Below, one piece after another: positions 43,830 to 54,132 of a stretch of DNA of 64,000 nucleotides. The notes below the pieces were generated by a model. It saw nothing but the letters and a program-made list of their open reading frames with translations. It was not told the DNA's origin and did no database searches. This stretch comes from Hyphomonas sp. (GTDB taxonomy: Bacteria > Pseudomonadota > Alphaproteobacteria > Caulobacterales > Hyphomonadaceae): assembly GCF_036964145.1 (NCBI RefSeq), contig NZ_JBALUC010000005.1, forward strand, positions 83,012 to 147,011, given 5' to 3'. The stretch's first letter is position 1. The number at the start of each line of letters is the position of its first letter. Made by a program: the position numbers and the translations under genes.

Positions 43830-44188
43830 CACTGGAAGACTACAATACCTATTGCGACGGTCTCGGCCAGACGACCCATGTGGTCCAATGGGGCGGCTCG
43901 CATGTCTGGAAGATCGGCGGCAAGATCTTCGCCATGGGCACGCCGGATGGTGACCACCTCGCTGCCTGCACATTCAAGGTCCGTCCGATCAGCTTCCATA
44001 TATTGAAGGAACAGCCCGGCTGCCAGGGCGCGCCCTACCTCGCCTCGCGCGGCATGAAATGGATCCAGCGTTTCTCGGACGAAACGCTCTCCGATGACGA
44101 TCTCAAGGATTACATCACGGAATCCTTCCGGCTGATTGGCGGCGCGCTCAGCAAGAAGAAGCAACGTGAACTCGGCCTGATCGAATAG
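43826..44188 (+). CDS. MmcQ/YjbR family protein
   Basis: GTGA overlap with the upstream stop; QWGGSHVWKIGGKIFA, APYLASRGMKWI. Confidence 0.88.
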   Translation: MTLEDYNTYCDGLGQTTHVVQWGGSHVWKIGGKIFAMGTPDGDHLAACTFKVRPISFHILKEQPGCQGAPYLASRGMKWIQRFSDETLSDDDLKDYITESFRLIGGALSKKKQRELGLIE

Positions 44189-44257
44189 GCCCAGGCAGGC
44201 GTGTCGCATTGACTTGCCCCCTCCCCTGTGGCGAAGCCCGCCTAACAGGAGACATGC

Positions 44258-44968
44258 ATGCCAAACCCGCTCACCATCCTCATTCCGGCCCAGTTCAATG
44301 GCCCGCCCGGCTCCGCAAATGGCGGTGTTTCGGCTGGCCTCGCAGCAAGCCGGATCGACGGCCCGGCGGAAGTTTCGCTGCGCGCCCCGCCGCCGCTCGA
44401 CGAGTCCATGGACATGGTCGAGGTGGACGACGGATATGAGATTCGTCACGGCAACCAATTGGTCATGACCGCGCGTCCGGCCGCGCCCCTCGCCCCGCCT
44501 CCACAAGCGCCAGACTATGAAGTGGCCCGGACCGGCCCTGATCGCTTCCCGCCTGCGGAAACCCATGCCTTTCCGCACTGCTATGTCTGCGGCCCTGAGC
44601 GCACCGAAGACGGGCTCTGTCTCTTCACGGGCAGGCCCGACGGCTATGACGGCGTAACCGATGTCTGGACGCCCGATGAAAGTCTCGCAGGCGATGACGG
44701 CCTTGTCCGACCGGAAATCCTGTGGGCGGCGCTCGATTGCCCCGGCGCGTTTGCAGTTGGCTTCCAGGACAATCCGATGGTGCTGGCACGGATCACGGCG
44801 CAGATACATGAGCGCCCGTCCCCCGGCGCTGACCTCATCGTCGCGGGCTGGTCCCTTTACGATGATGGCCGCAAGCATGGCGCCGCCACTGCGCTGTTTA
44901 CGCGCGATGGCCAGCTGCTGGCGCAGTCAGAGCAATTATGGATCGAGTTGAAGGCGGCTGCGGCCTGA
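44258..44968 (+). CDS. Double hotdog-fold (thioesterase-like) protein
   Basis: FNGPPGSANGG, SLRAPPPL, CYVCG, WAALDCPG, GRKH...TAL. Confidence 0.72.
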   Translation: MPNPLTILIPAQFNGPPGSANGGVSAGLAASRIDGPAEVSLRAPPPLDESMDMVEVDDGYEIRHGNQLVMTARPAAPLAPPPQAPDYEVARTGPDRFPPAETHAFPHCYVCGPERTEDGLCLFTGRPDGYDGVTDVWTPDESLAGDDGLVRPEILWAALDCPGAFAVGFQDNPMVLARITAQIHERPSPGADLIVAGWSLYDDGRKHGAATALFTRDGQLLAQSEQLWIELKAAAA

Positions 44969-44972
44969 GAGG

Positions 44973-45776
44973 TCAGCGCCGACGGCGCGGGTTCAGGTAG
45001 AGATTGCGTTCCTGCGTGTCGAGCTGGCGCACGGCCCGCCCGAGATGGAGCTGTTCAACCTCTTTCGCCACATGCCGACGGGCGGCGCCGTTGAATTTCA
45101 GCAGGGCACAGAACATCTGCAACACAGCTTCAAGCTTGGCATAGCTTTCCGCCGCATCCACTTTCACGATCCATGAGCCGCCGAGATTGATGATCCGGTG
45201 ATCGAGCTTGCCGATCTTCCGGCCCCGGTCATCATACAGGCTGTAATCCGCGCCGATGCCGATGACATTGCGGCGCAGGCGGTAGAAGCGCGGGCCTTTT
45301 GTAGTGTCGATGAAGAAGGAGAATTTCTCCGGGAAGAGCGGCCATTTCTGCGCCGAACGCTCCAGCTGGATGATCTGGTCGTGGCGGCTGATATTGACCG
45401 AATAGGACGGCACCGGCGTGCCCTTGGCGCCAATGCTCAACTGCAGCGACCGCCCCATCAGCAATTCCGCCGTGCCGCGCCAATGCATACCCTCGGAAAA
45501 CAGTTTCAGAACGAGGCGGCGTTTCATGCCCTCCTCGGTTTTCCACATCTCCTTGCGATAGGCGAGAATGCCTGTCCGCTCGCGGCCATCCTTGACCTGC
45601 CCGAAGATCTCCATGTCCTTGGTGAACTGGTCCGACGCGGCCTCATGCTGGGTCTGCTTCATGATGCCAATTTCAGTCGGGTTCAGATCCGTCGCCCAGA
45701 GGTCCACCTTGAAGGTCTTGTATTTCGGCTTTGCCTTGGTCTCTTCAGCACCGCCGAATGTTGCAGTAAAGGCCAT
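44973..45776 (-). CDS. Hypothetical protein, possible LURP-one/scramblase/Tubby-C-like fold
   Basis: Repeated beta-strand units such as FYRLRRNVIGIGADYSLYDDRGRKIGKLDHRIINLGGSWIVKV. Confidence 0.6.
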   Translation of the reverse strand: MAFTATFGGAEETKAKPKYKTFKVDLWATDLNPTEIGIMKQTQHEAASDQFTKDMEIFGQVKDGRERTGILAYRKEMWKTEEGMKRRLVLKLFSEGMHWRGTAELLMGRSLQLSIGAKGTPVPSYSVNISRHDQIIQLERSAQKWPLFPEKFSFFIDTTKGPRFYRLRRNVIGIGADYSLYDDRGRKIGKLDHRIINLGGSWIVKVDAAESYAKLEAVLQMFCALLKFNGAARRHVAKEVEQLHLGRAVRQLDTQERNLYLNPRRRR

Positions 45777-45923
45777 GAGGCACGTCTCCGAATCCGCGTT
45801 CCAATATGCTGGAACCGTCTCAGATCAGGGTCGAGATAAGGTTAACAAAAGCGGGGAAACGCTTAATCAACTGCATTTTAAGGCTGGCGCGCCCCTTGGC
45901 CGGTCCCCCGCCCCACGCCTGGA

Positions 45924-46901
45924 TCAGTCGCCAGAGTCCCGGAGTGCATCATCGAGGAAGCCAAGAATCTTCGGCCAGCTGTCCATCTGGGAAGCATGAT
46001 TGGTCACCGTCGTGCCGCCATATTCAGAGTCTTCAGCCTCCGAAGGCTCCTCTGCGGGCACACCGGCTACGAAATGGCCTGCCTCCGGATAGGTCAGGAT
46101 GGTCACGTCAGACCGCTCGCCTGCCCGCGCCCGAATCTGCTCCGACATGTCACAGGACGGCCACAACATGTCCGCACCCCCGCAGATCAGCAACATGGGC
46201 GCGCCAATCTGTTCCACCGGAATAATGGCGGGGGAATTCTTGTCCAGCGCGGCGAGGCCATTGGCATACAGGGAATAGAGTCCCAGCTCCGGGTCCCACG
46301 CTCCGTAGGGCACGGCAGGATAGGCCTCTCCGTTCAGGGACCATGAGGACTCTGCGGGCCGCCCGTCAAAGGCCCAGTTGATCCCGGTCCACGAAACGCT
46401 CGAAGGTACAGCCGCGACGATCGCGGCAATCTCGCGATGGCGCGACGCCACGATCAGGGCGGCCTCGGCCCCCTTCGACGTGCCGTAGATGCCGATATGG
46501 CCAGCCTCCACCTCTTCCCTGTCCTGAAGCCATGCCAGCGCATGATCAAAGGTCTCAAGCGGGACCCGTTCCAGATTTTCCAATTGCCCCGGCGCGCGAT
46601 AGAACGACACTTGCAGGACATTGTAGCCATGATCCCGCAGCGCCAATGCATCCCGCCTGGCACCGCTGCCCAGTCCGCCCTCGGACCCGCCCAGCAGCAA
46701 GATGGCCGGCCCGGCTGAAGCGGCCCTGGCCGGGAAATAGTCGGCGTACAAGGTCTCCGTGCGCAGCTGCTGGTCTTTGCGAATGTCCACTGTCAGGTCC
46801 GTATTCACAGCAGGTATGGGCGCCGAATGCATACAGGCCGCCATAACGCCCATCAGGGCCAGCAGGGAAAGTCGGCGCGACGCGCCACGCAAAAGCTGCA
46901 T
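45924..46901 (-). CDS. Acyl-CoA thioesterase/BAAT-like alpha/beta hydrolase, lipoprotein
   Basis: LLGGSEGG, GTSKGAEAAL nucleophile elbow, D.LWPS, YPEAGH. Confidence 0.85.
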   Translation of the reverse strand: MQLLRGASRRLSLLALMGVMAACMHSAPIPAVNTDLTVDIRKDQQLRTETLYADYFPARAASAGPAILLLGGSEGGLGSGARRDALALRDHGYNVLQVSFYRAPGQLENLERVPLETFDHALAWLQDREEVEAGHIGIYGTSKGAEAALIVASRHREIAAIVAAVPSSVSWTGINWAFDGRPAESSWSLNGEAYPAVPYGAWDPELGLYSLYANGLAALDKNSPAIIPVEQIGAPMLLICGGADMLWPSCDMSEQIRARAGERSDVTILTYPEAGHFVAGVPAEEPSEAEDSEYGGTTVTNHASQMDSWPKILGFLDDALRDSGD

Positions 46902-47018
46902 GATCGAACTCCATTCTTGGTGCCCATGCAGCTTCCCGCCGTTCGAGGCCTCTGCCAAGGGGGCTCATGGCGCACATGCCGGGTTTGCAGCCACCCCGAT
47001 TTCAGGCTATGCAAGACC

Positions 47019-49077
<2,059 letters not shown>

Positions 49078-49095
49078 GATGCAAGAGGTTCAATT

Positions 49096-49938
49096 ATGAG
49101 CGAACCTCCCTCAGAATACGAGAAACGCATTGTACTTTTTGTAGACTTCTTGGGCTTCAAAGAGCACGTGCATCGAACTTTGATTGATGCCGAGCATATC
49201 TCTAGAGTCTCCGACGCAATGAAGTTGCTTGGAGAGATTGGCGATATGTATATAGGCTTCGAAAGCAAGAAAGTTTCGCAATTCTCTGATTGTCTTGTCG
49301 TTTCGTATAAGATCAATGAGGAATCAGCGGTCTTCTGGTTAGTGGATGCCATCGCCACCCAACTCATCACCCTTGCCTATCAGGGATTTTTGGTCCGTGG
49401 TGCTATTACAGTTGGCCAGCTTTTTCATACGAATGAACAAGTTTTTGGACCCGCGCTCGTTTCTGCATATGAACTCGAATCCAAGGCTGCTGTAGTACCT
49501 AGAGTTCTTATTGACAGTTCGGTGTATAAAGCCGCGCGCACCGGTAAATCTTGGCAAAACACGGCGGACCAAGAGGAAGAATACGTCAAAAGTTTCATTG
49601 TAACTGATGCAGATGGACGTGATTACATCGACTATGTGTCTTGGAAAGCCGTAGTGGAGTCGGTCGGCCATGAACCCGACCTACATCCAGGATACCTTGC
49701 AAGCATTAAAAACTTGATCGAATGCGGATTAACTCACTCCGACCCAAAGGTGGCTGGTCGTTATGTCTGGCTTCAAAGGCAACTCCGAGCAGCAATCGAG
49801 CAGGTCAAAAACCTACCGATCGATCACCCATATCGGGTCGAAAACCCGAACAATTGTGCGGTTGTCGAATCTTTGGACGACCTTGAAGAACTTGCAGAAA
49901 AAATCGACATTTCGATTTTGCCGACATGGATACAGTAG
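49096..49938 (+). CDS. AT-rich hypothetical protein with class III nucleotidyl-cyclase-like motifs
   Basis: VLFVDFLGF, SQFSDC, RGAITVG, FGPALVSAYELESKA; sampled lines 45-47% GC versus about 60% or more in flanks. Confidence 0.7.
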   Translation: MSEPPSEYEKRIVLFVDFLGFKEHVHRTLIDAEHISRVSDAMKLLGEIGDMYIGFESKKVSQFSDCLVVSYKINEESAVFWLVDAIATQLITLAYQGFLVRGAITVGQLFHTNEQVFGPALVSAYELESKAAVVPRVLIDSSVYKAARTGKSWQNTADQEEEYVKSFIVTDADGRDYIDYVSWKAVVESVGHEPDLHPGYLASIKNLIECGLTHSDPKVAGRYVWLQRQLRAAIEQVKNLPIDHPYRVENPNNCAVVESLDDLEELAEKIDISILPTWIQ

Positions 49939-50075
49939 GCTTGAGGTGTGTCACTTAAGCGGCCAGCCCAGCCACCGCAACATCACCTGCACACGCTTCA
50001 TCGCGCTCACGAAATTACTCTGCAAGTAATCCGGCTCGCTGACGGCGCGGATGTTTGGGAACTTCGTTGGCAAGC

Positions 50076-50165
50076 GCAGAGTGGGTTGAGCGGAGCGATA
50101 CCCACCGTGCCGTGTCTGCGGCGAGTCCGGTTGGTGGGTATCGGCGTTGCCCGGGCCCACCCTCC
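50076..50165. repeat. Inverted REP doublet of GTAG-like type
   Basis: GCAGAGTGGGTTGAGCGGAGCGATACCCACC and the inverted copy GGAGGGTGGGCCCGGGCAACGCCGATACCCACC share an 11-bp perfect inverted repeat (50096-50106 / 50133-50143). Confidence 0.7.
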
Positions 50166-50248
50166 CCCCGCACATTGCCGCCGCAGCCACTGTCACCGCC
50201 CACCGGCTCGACATTGCCACGCCCCGCCTCCAGCGCTAATCCCCCCTC

Positions 50249-50479
50249 ATGACTGACAGCCCTTCACCAGACTCCGCCCGCCTCGACGAGCTTGAAATGC
50301 GTGTGGTCCATCAGGACCAGACGATTGAGGATTTGAACGCGGCCATCACCGCGCAATGGAAGCTGATTGAGCGGCTGGAGCGGCAGGTTGCGCGCCTCGC
50401 CGAACGCGTCGCCGACAGCGAGCAGTCAACCGGCCAGGCGGCCCCCGTGGACCGGCCCCTCATTACTAAGGGCGCATGA
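50249..50479 (+). CDS. slyX: SlyX family protein with frameshifted C-terminus
   Basis: RLDELE.R...QD..IE.LN..I..Q; the family's terminal PPHY motif is present but out of frame. Confidence 0.85.
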   Translation: MTDSPSPDSARLDELEMRVVHQDQTIEDLNAAITAQWKLIERLERQVARLAERVADSEQSTGQAAPVDRPLITKGA

Positions 50480-50539
50480 CGAGCTTGCCACGCCCGCACA
50501 GCGTCATAGAGTGAATCCTCCATATTGGGAGGACACGGA

Positions 50540-51010
50540 ATGATTCAGAAATTTGCACTCACGGCAGCCCTGACAGGCGCACTCATGGCGGGGGCTGCGC
50601 CTGCAGCCCATGCGGGCCCGGACGCATATCTCGGCGAGATCATGACGGTGGGCTTCAATTTCTGTCCACGGGGCACGCTGGAAGCCGATGGCCGCCTGCT
50701 GCCGATCAATGAGAACACCGCCCTCTTCTCCCTGCTCGGAACACTCTATGGCGGCGACGGGCGCACGACGTTTGCCCTGCCCGATCTGCGCGGGCGCGTT
50801 GTGGTGGGCGCAGGCCAGGGCCTCGGCCTGACCGACCGCCGGCAGGGCGCGCGCGGCGGCACGGAGTCTAACATTGCCGGCCCGGCGCTTGCGCATGATG
50901 GCGCGGCAAACCCGCTCGGCGACTCCGCCGCCGGCAACAATATGCCACCACCCTGGCTCGCGCTGAAACACTGCGTCGTGACGCAAGGCATTTATCCGTC
51001 GCGAAGCTAG
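50540..51010 (+). CDS. Secreted phage-tail-collar domain protein (MdpB-like)
   Basis: Signal peptide; YLGEI...FNFCPRG...DG.LL.I.ENTALFSLLGT.YGGDGRTTFALPDLRGR; QGIYPSR. Confidence 0.88.
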   Translation: MIQKFALTAALTGALMAGAAPAAHAGPDAYLGEIMTVGFNFCPRGTLEADGRLLPINENTALFSLLGTLYGGDGRTTFALPDLRGRVVVGAGQGLGLTDRRQGARGGTESNIAGPALAHDGAANPLGDSAAGNNMPPPWLALKHCVVTQGIYPSRS

Positions 51011-51066
51011 GCGGGCCGGCCCGGGAGATTGCGAGCCTGCTGGATACATCCCGCGCTCTCCTCATG

Positions 51067-51231
51067 CGTCACCCCCGGCCGCGATAGCGGTCTGGGGGCC
51101 CAACTCTGACCACGGCGGCGGGCGCGTCATGTGCCGCCCCGCGCGCAGGCGCTGCAGAAAGCGCCGCGCGCTGCTGTGGCGAATTCAGGAGATGGGTCTC
51201 CGGAGGGCCTCCCCATCGCGGAGGATGACGG
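51067..51231. repeat. CGTC-tagged inverted REP doublet (~165 bp), same family as those flanking the GIY-YIG gene
   Basis: CGTCACCCCCGGCCGCGATAGCGGTCTGGGGGCCCAACTCTGA and the inverted CGTCATCCTCCG...CCGGAGACCCATCTCCTGAA. Confidence 0.75.
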
Positions 51232-51277
51232 AGGCAAGATATCCGACAGGCCTCCCCACCATGCCACACTCCGCCGC

Positions 51278-51658
51278 ATGGACCCGGCCTATCGCCCCTT
51301 CTTTGCCCATGTGTGGGCCTTCTGCTGGCCGTGGCTGTGGTGGAACCTTGCGCGACTGACGGCCTGGCGCAAACGCACGGGGCGGCGCGTCTTCGTCTCG
51401 GTCGATAAATACGGCAATGTCTTCATCCGCTATATCGGCGATGCGCCGAGGCCGGACAATGCCTACACCTACACGCCGCCGCGTGTGCCGCGCTGGCAGA
51501 ACCCGTCGCTGGCAAGCGACCTGCCCTGCGGCCTCGATGTACCGTCCGATTTTGTAAGGACCACTCCGTACATCTTATGGACACTTTATGGACCAGTTCG
51601 GGACCAGTTCGGCAACGCGCTGATCAGCCGGGTCAGCCCGGCCCGCGCACCGCCCTGA
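51278..51658 (+). CDS. Hypothetical Trp/Pro-rich protein (126 aa)
   Basis: MDPAYRPFFAHVWAFCWPWLWWNL... ending RAPP; the upstream extension in the ORF track runs through the REP doublet and is probably not coding. Confidence 0.6.
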   Translation: MDPAYRPFFAHVWAFCWPWLWWNLARLTAWRKRTGRRVFVSVDKYGNVFIRYIGDAPRPDNAYTYTPPRVPRWQNPSLASDLPCGLDVPSDFVRTTPYILWTLYGPVRDQFGNALISRVSPARAPP

Positions 51659-51726
51659 CCGCTGCCTTCCTGTAATTCAGCCTATATAACCGGACGGCCC
51701 CGCCGCTCCGGGCACAGGTGCTGGCC

Positions 51727-51751
51727 GGAACGATTCCATTACACCGCCGTT
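51727..51751 (+). promoter_or_regulatory. General-stress ECF (sigmaT/EcfG) promoter
   Basis: GGAAC-N16-CGTT exact consensus about 55 nt before the ATG at 51806. Confidence 0.7.
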
Positions 51752-51805
51752 ATCTTCGCGAGCCGCGCCTTTTGCGGCACAGTAACAAGAAGGAAACTCT
51801 CGCTC

Positions 51806-52102
51806 ATGAGTACAGGAAAAGTCGTAGGAATTGTCGTCGCGGTCGTTGCAATTGTCGGGGCCGTCTGGGTCGCCACAACGCTGATCGATGTGGACCAGAC
51901 CGAACCGGGCAAACTGCCGGATGTGGATGTCGCCATTGACGCCGAAGCCGGCAAGATCCCCGAATATGATGTGGACACCGGCGAAGTGGAGGTTGGCACC
52001 GAAACCGAGACCGTCCTCGTTCCTGAAGTCGTGATGGTCGAAGAAGAGGTCGACGTGCCGACCGTCGATGTGGAAGAACCGGAAGACGACCGCGAGGAAT
52101 AA
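51806..52102 (+). CDS. Small acidic membrane-anchored protein
   Basis: N-terminal TM then D/E/V-rich DVDQT...LPDVDV...PEYDVDT repeats; AAGGA RBS. Confidence 0.8.
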   Translation: MSTGKVVGIVVAVVAIVGAVWVATTLIDVDQTEPGKLPDVDVAIDAEAGKIPEYDVDTGEVEVGTETETVLVPEVVMVEEEVDVPTVDVEEPEDDREE

Positions 52103-52155
52103 TCGCGCACATTTGAGCCGGACGCCCTGAACACGGGGGCGCCGCAGGAATTCGG

Positions 52156-52185
52156 AACGGCGGGCAATGAAACTTGCCCGCCGTT
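52156..52185 (+). terminator. Hairpin after acidic protein gene
   Basis: AACGGCGGGCAA-tgaaac-TTGCCCGCCGTT. Confidence 0.6.
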
Positions 52186-52306
52186 TCCGTGTGCGCGGCA
52201 CAGTCAGCGCGCATTGGGGCCGCGAAATTTTGATCCAGGCCGCTGAACCAAAGTCTGCGGCGCGCGTTGAGTGCGCAGTGTCTGCCGGAGGAAAGGATCC
52301 CCGCTC

Positions 52307-52930
52307 ATGAAACGCTCCCTGCTTGTTCCCGCTATGGCCGCCCTGTTCCTGGCCGCCTGTTCCGATGATGCCCCGGAAACCCGGACTGCGCCGCAGGACC
52401 CGGTCCAGCCCTATGCGGATGATGTCGACATCGCCCCTGCCCCGGATGAAGAAGAGACCTTCACCGACACGATAGACCGGGAAGACATGGTCGCCTCCGG
52501 CCCGAATCTTCTGGACGCCGTAGCCGCCGATCCGCGCCTGTCCACGCTGTATGGCGCCATCGAAGCGGCCGGTCTCGACGAGACCCTCGCCACAGGTGGG
52601 CCGTATACGATTTTCGCGCCGACCAATGACGCCTTCGACGCCCTGCCTGAAGGCCAGCTCGAAGACTATCTGAAGCCCGACAATACCGACAAGCTGGTCC
52701 GGATGCTGGAATACCATATTGTCGAAGGCGAAGTGCGCGCTTCCACTGTGCCACCTGCCGAAGAGGGCGTGCCCACGGCCAGCCTGAACGGGCTCGACCT
52801 GTCGGTGCGGGACATGGGCGGCGGCCAGCTGATGATCAACCAGGCCAGCATTCTCGAAACCGATGTCGAGGGCGGCAATGGCATCGTCCATGTCATCGAC
52901 TCCGTGCTGGTGCCGCGCGAGACCGAATAG
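52307..52930 (+). CDS. Fasciclin (FAS1) domain lipoprotein
   Basis: Lipobox FLAAC; GPYTIFAPTNDAF, L.YHIV, NGIVHVIDSVL. Confidence 0.92.
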   Translation: MKRSLLVPAMAALFLAACSDDAPETRTAPQDPVQPYADDVDIAPAPDEEETFTDTIDREDMVASGPNLLDAVAADPRLSTLYGAIEAAGLDETLATGGPYTIFAPTNDAFDALPEGQLEDYLKPDNTDKLVRMLEYHIVEGEVRASTVPPAEEGVPTASLNGLDLSVRDMGGGQLMINQASILETDVEGGNGIVHVIDSVLVPRETE

Positions 52931-52950
52931 GTTTGCGCTGCAACGCATGT

Positions 52951-52965
52951 GAACAAATAGAGAAA
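52951..52965 (+). promoter_or_regulatory. Probable alphaproteobacterial LexA box of ruvCAB
   Basis: GAAC-AAATAGA-GAAA, one mismatch to GAAC-N7-GAAC. Confidence 0.6.
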
Positions 52966-53008
52966 ATGCAAGGTGTCATTAACCCATCCCGCTGATAGGA
53001 TGGGCGCC

Positions 53009-53512
53009 ATGACCGTCACGATTCGTATTCTCGGAATTGATCCCGGACTCCGCCATACCGGCTGGGGCGTGATCGAGCAGACCGGCGCCCGGCTTGCCCA
53101 TATTGCACATGGCGTGATTTCGGTTGACCCCGGCCTCGCCATGTCGGAGCGGCTTGGCGGCATCTTCGAGGCGGTCGGCGAACTGGCCCGGCATTACGGC
53201 CCGCATGCCTCGGGCGTGGAGGAAACGCTGGTCAATGCCAATCCCCGCTCGGCGCTGAAGCTTGGCCAGGCACGCGGCGCAGCCATGGCGGCGCTGTCCA
53301 TGGCCGGTGTTCCCGTCGCCGAATTTGCCCCGCGCAAGATCAAGCTGGCTATTGTTGGCACGGGCACGGCCGACAAGGACCAGGTGGCCTTCATGGTCAA
53401 ACGCCTGCTGCCCCGCGCTGGAGAGATGAAATCGGACTCTGCTGACGCCCTTGCCTGCGCAATCTGTACCGCCCACCATCTGCCGCTGGACCTGAAGCGG
53501 GGCGCGGCATGA
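53009..53512 (+). CDS. ruvC: Holliday junction resolvase RuvC
   Basis: RILGIDPGL..TGWG, LGQARG, K.QV..MV..LL, D.ADALA.AIC. Confidence 0.96.
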   Translation: MTVTIRILGIDPGLRHTGWGVIEQTGARLAHIAHGVISVDPGLAMSERLGGIFEAVGELARHYGPHASGVEETLVNANPRSALKLGQARGAAMAALSMAGVPVAEFAPRKIKLAIVGTGTADKDQVAFMVKRLLPRAGEMKSDSADALACAICTAHHLPLDLKRGAA

Positions 53513-54132
53513 TCATTGGCAGGCTGACCGGGACCGTCGCCGCCCTCGGCACGGACAATATCCTGATTGACGTCAATGGCGTCGGCTATGTTTGCATGGC
53601 CGGCACACGGCTCTTGTCCAAGGTCCATGTCGGCGAGACCAGCGTGCTGCATGTCGAGACCAAGGTCAGCGAAGCGGCAATCACGCTCTATGCCTTCGGC
53701 TCGGATGAGGAACGCGCCTGGTTTGTCCGCCTGCAGGATGTGCATGGCGTGGCTGGCAAGGCCGCAATGGCGATCCTCGATGCAATCACGCCAGCGGAAT
53801 TGATGGATGCCATCGCGCTCGGAGATGCCTCCGTGCTGACGCGGGCGAAGGGCGTCGGCAAGAAGCTGGCCGAGCGGATCACGGGCGAACTGGCTGGCAA
53901 GCCGCCGCCGATGGGCCGGTTCGGCAAGTTCGAGACTGCGCAAGTCGCCGGCCTAGCCAGCGCGCCCGTCGCCGCAACCACTGGCGTGCGGAGCGAGGCG
54001 ATCTCGGCGCTTGCAAACCTCGGCTATGCCCAGTCCGATGCTGCCCGCGCCGTGGCCAGCGCCGCGAAGGATGCCGGGGACGATGATGTCAGCCTCCTGA
54101 TCAAGGCGGCCCTCAAGGAACTCGCACGATGA
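53509..54132 (+). CDS. ruvA: Holliday junction branch migration protein RuvA
   Basis: [32 protein letters not shown]. Confidence 0.96.
   Translation: MIIGRLTGTVAALGTDNILIDVNGVGYVCMAGTRLLSKVHVGETSVLHVETKVSEAAITLYAFGSDEERAWFVRLQDVHGVAGKAAMAILDAITPAELMDAIALGDASVLTRAKGVGKKLAERITGELAGKPPPMGRFGKFETAQVAGLASAPVAATTGVRSEAISALANLGYAQSDAARAVASAAKDAGDDDVSLLIKAALKELAR

Noticed and set aside
45835-45885. CtrA boxes in TTAA-rich intergenic DNA (also 20255-20272 and upstream of cpdR)
   Set aside because: TTAA half-sites are present but not at TTAA-N7-TTAA spacing.
49951-50220. Minus-strand 89-aa ORF or gene remnant after the cyclase-like gene
   Set aside because: The N-terminal half is REP sequence; the last ~40 codons look coding-like but match no family I recognise.
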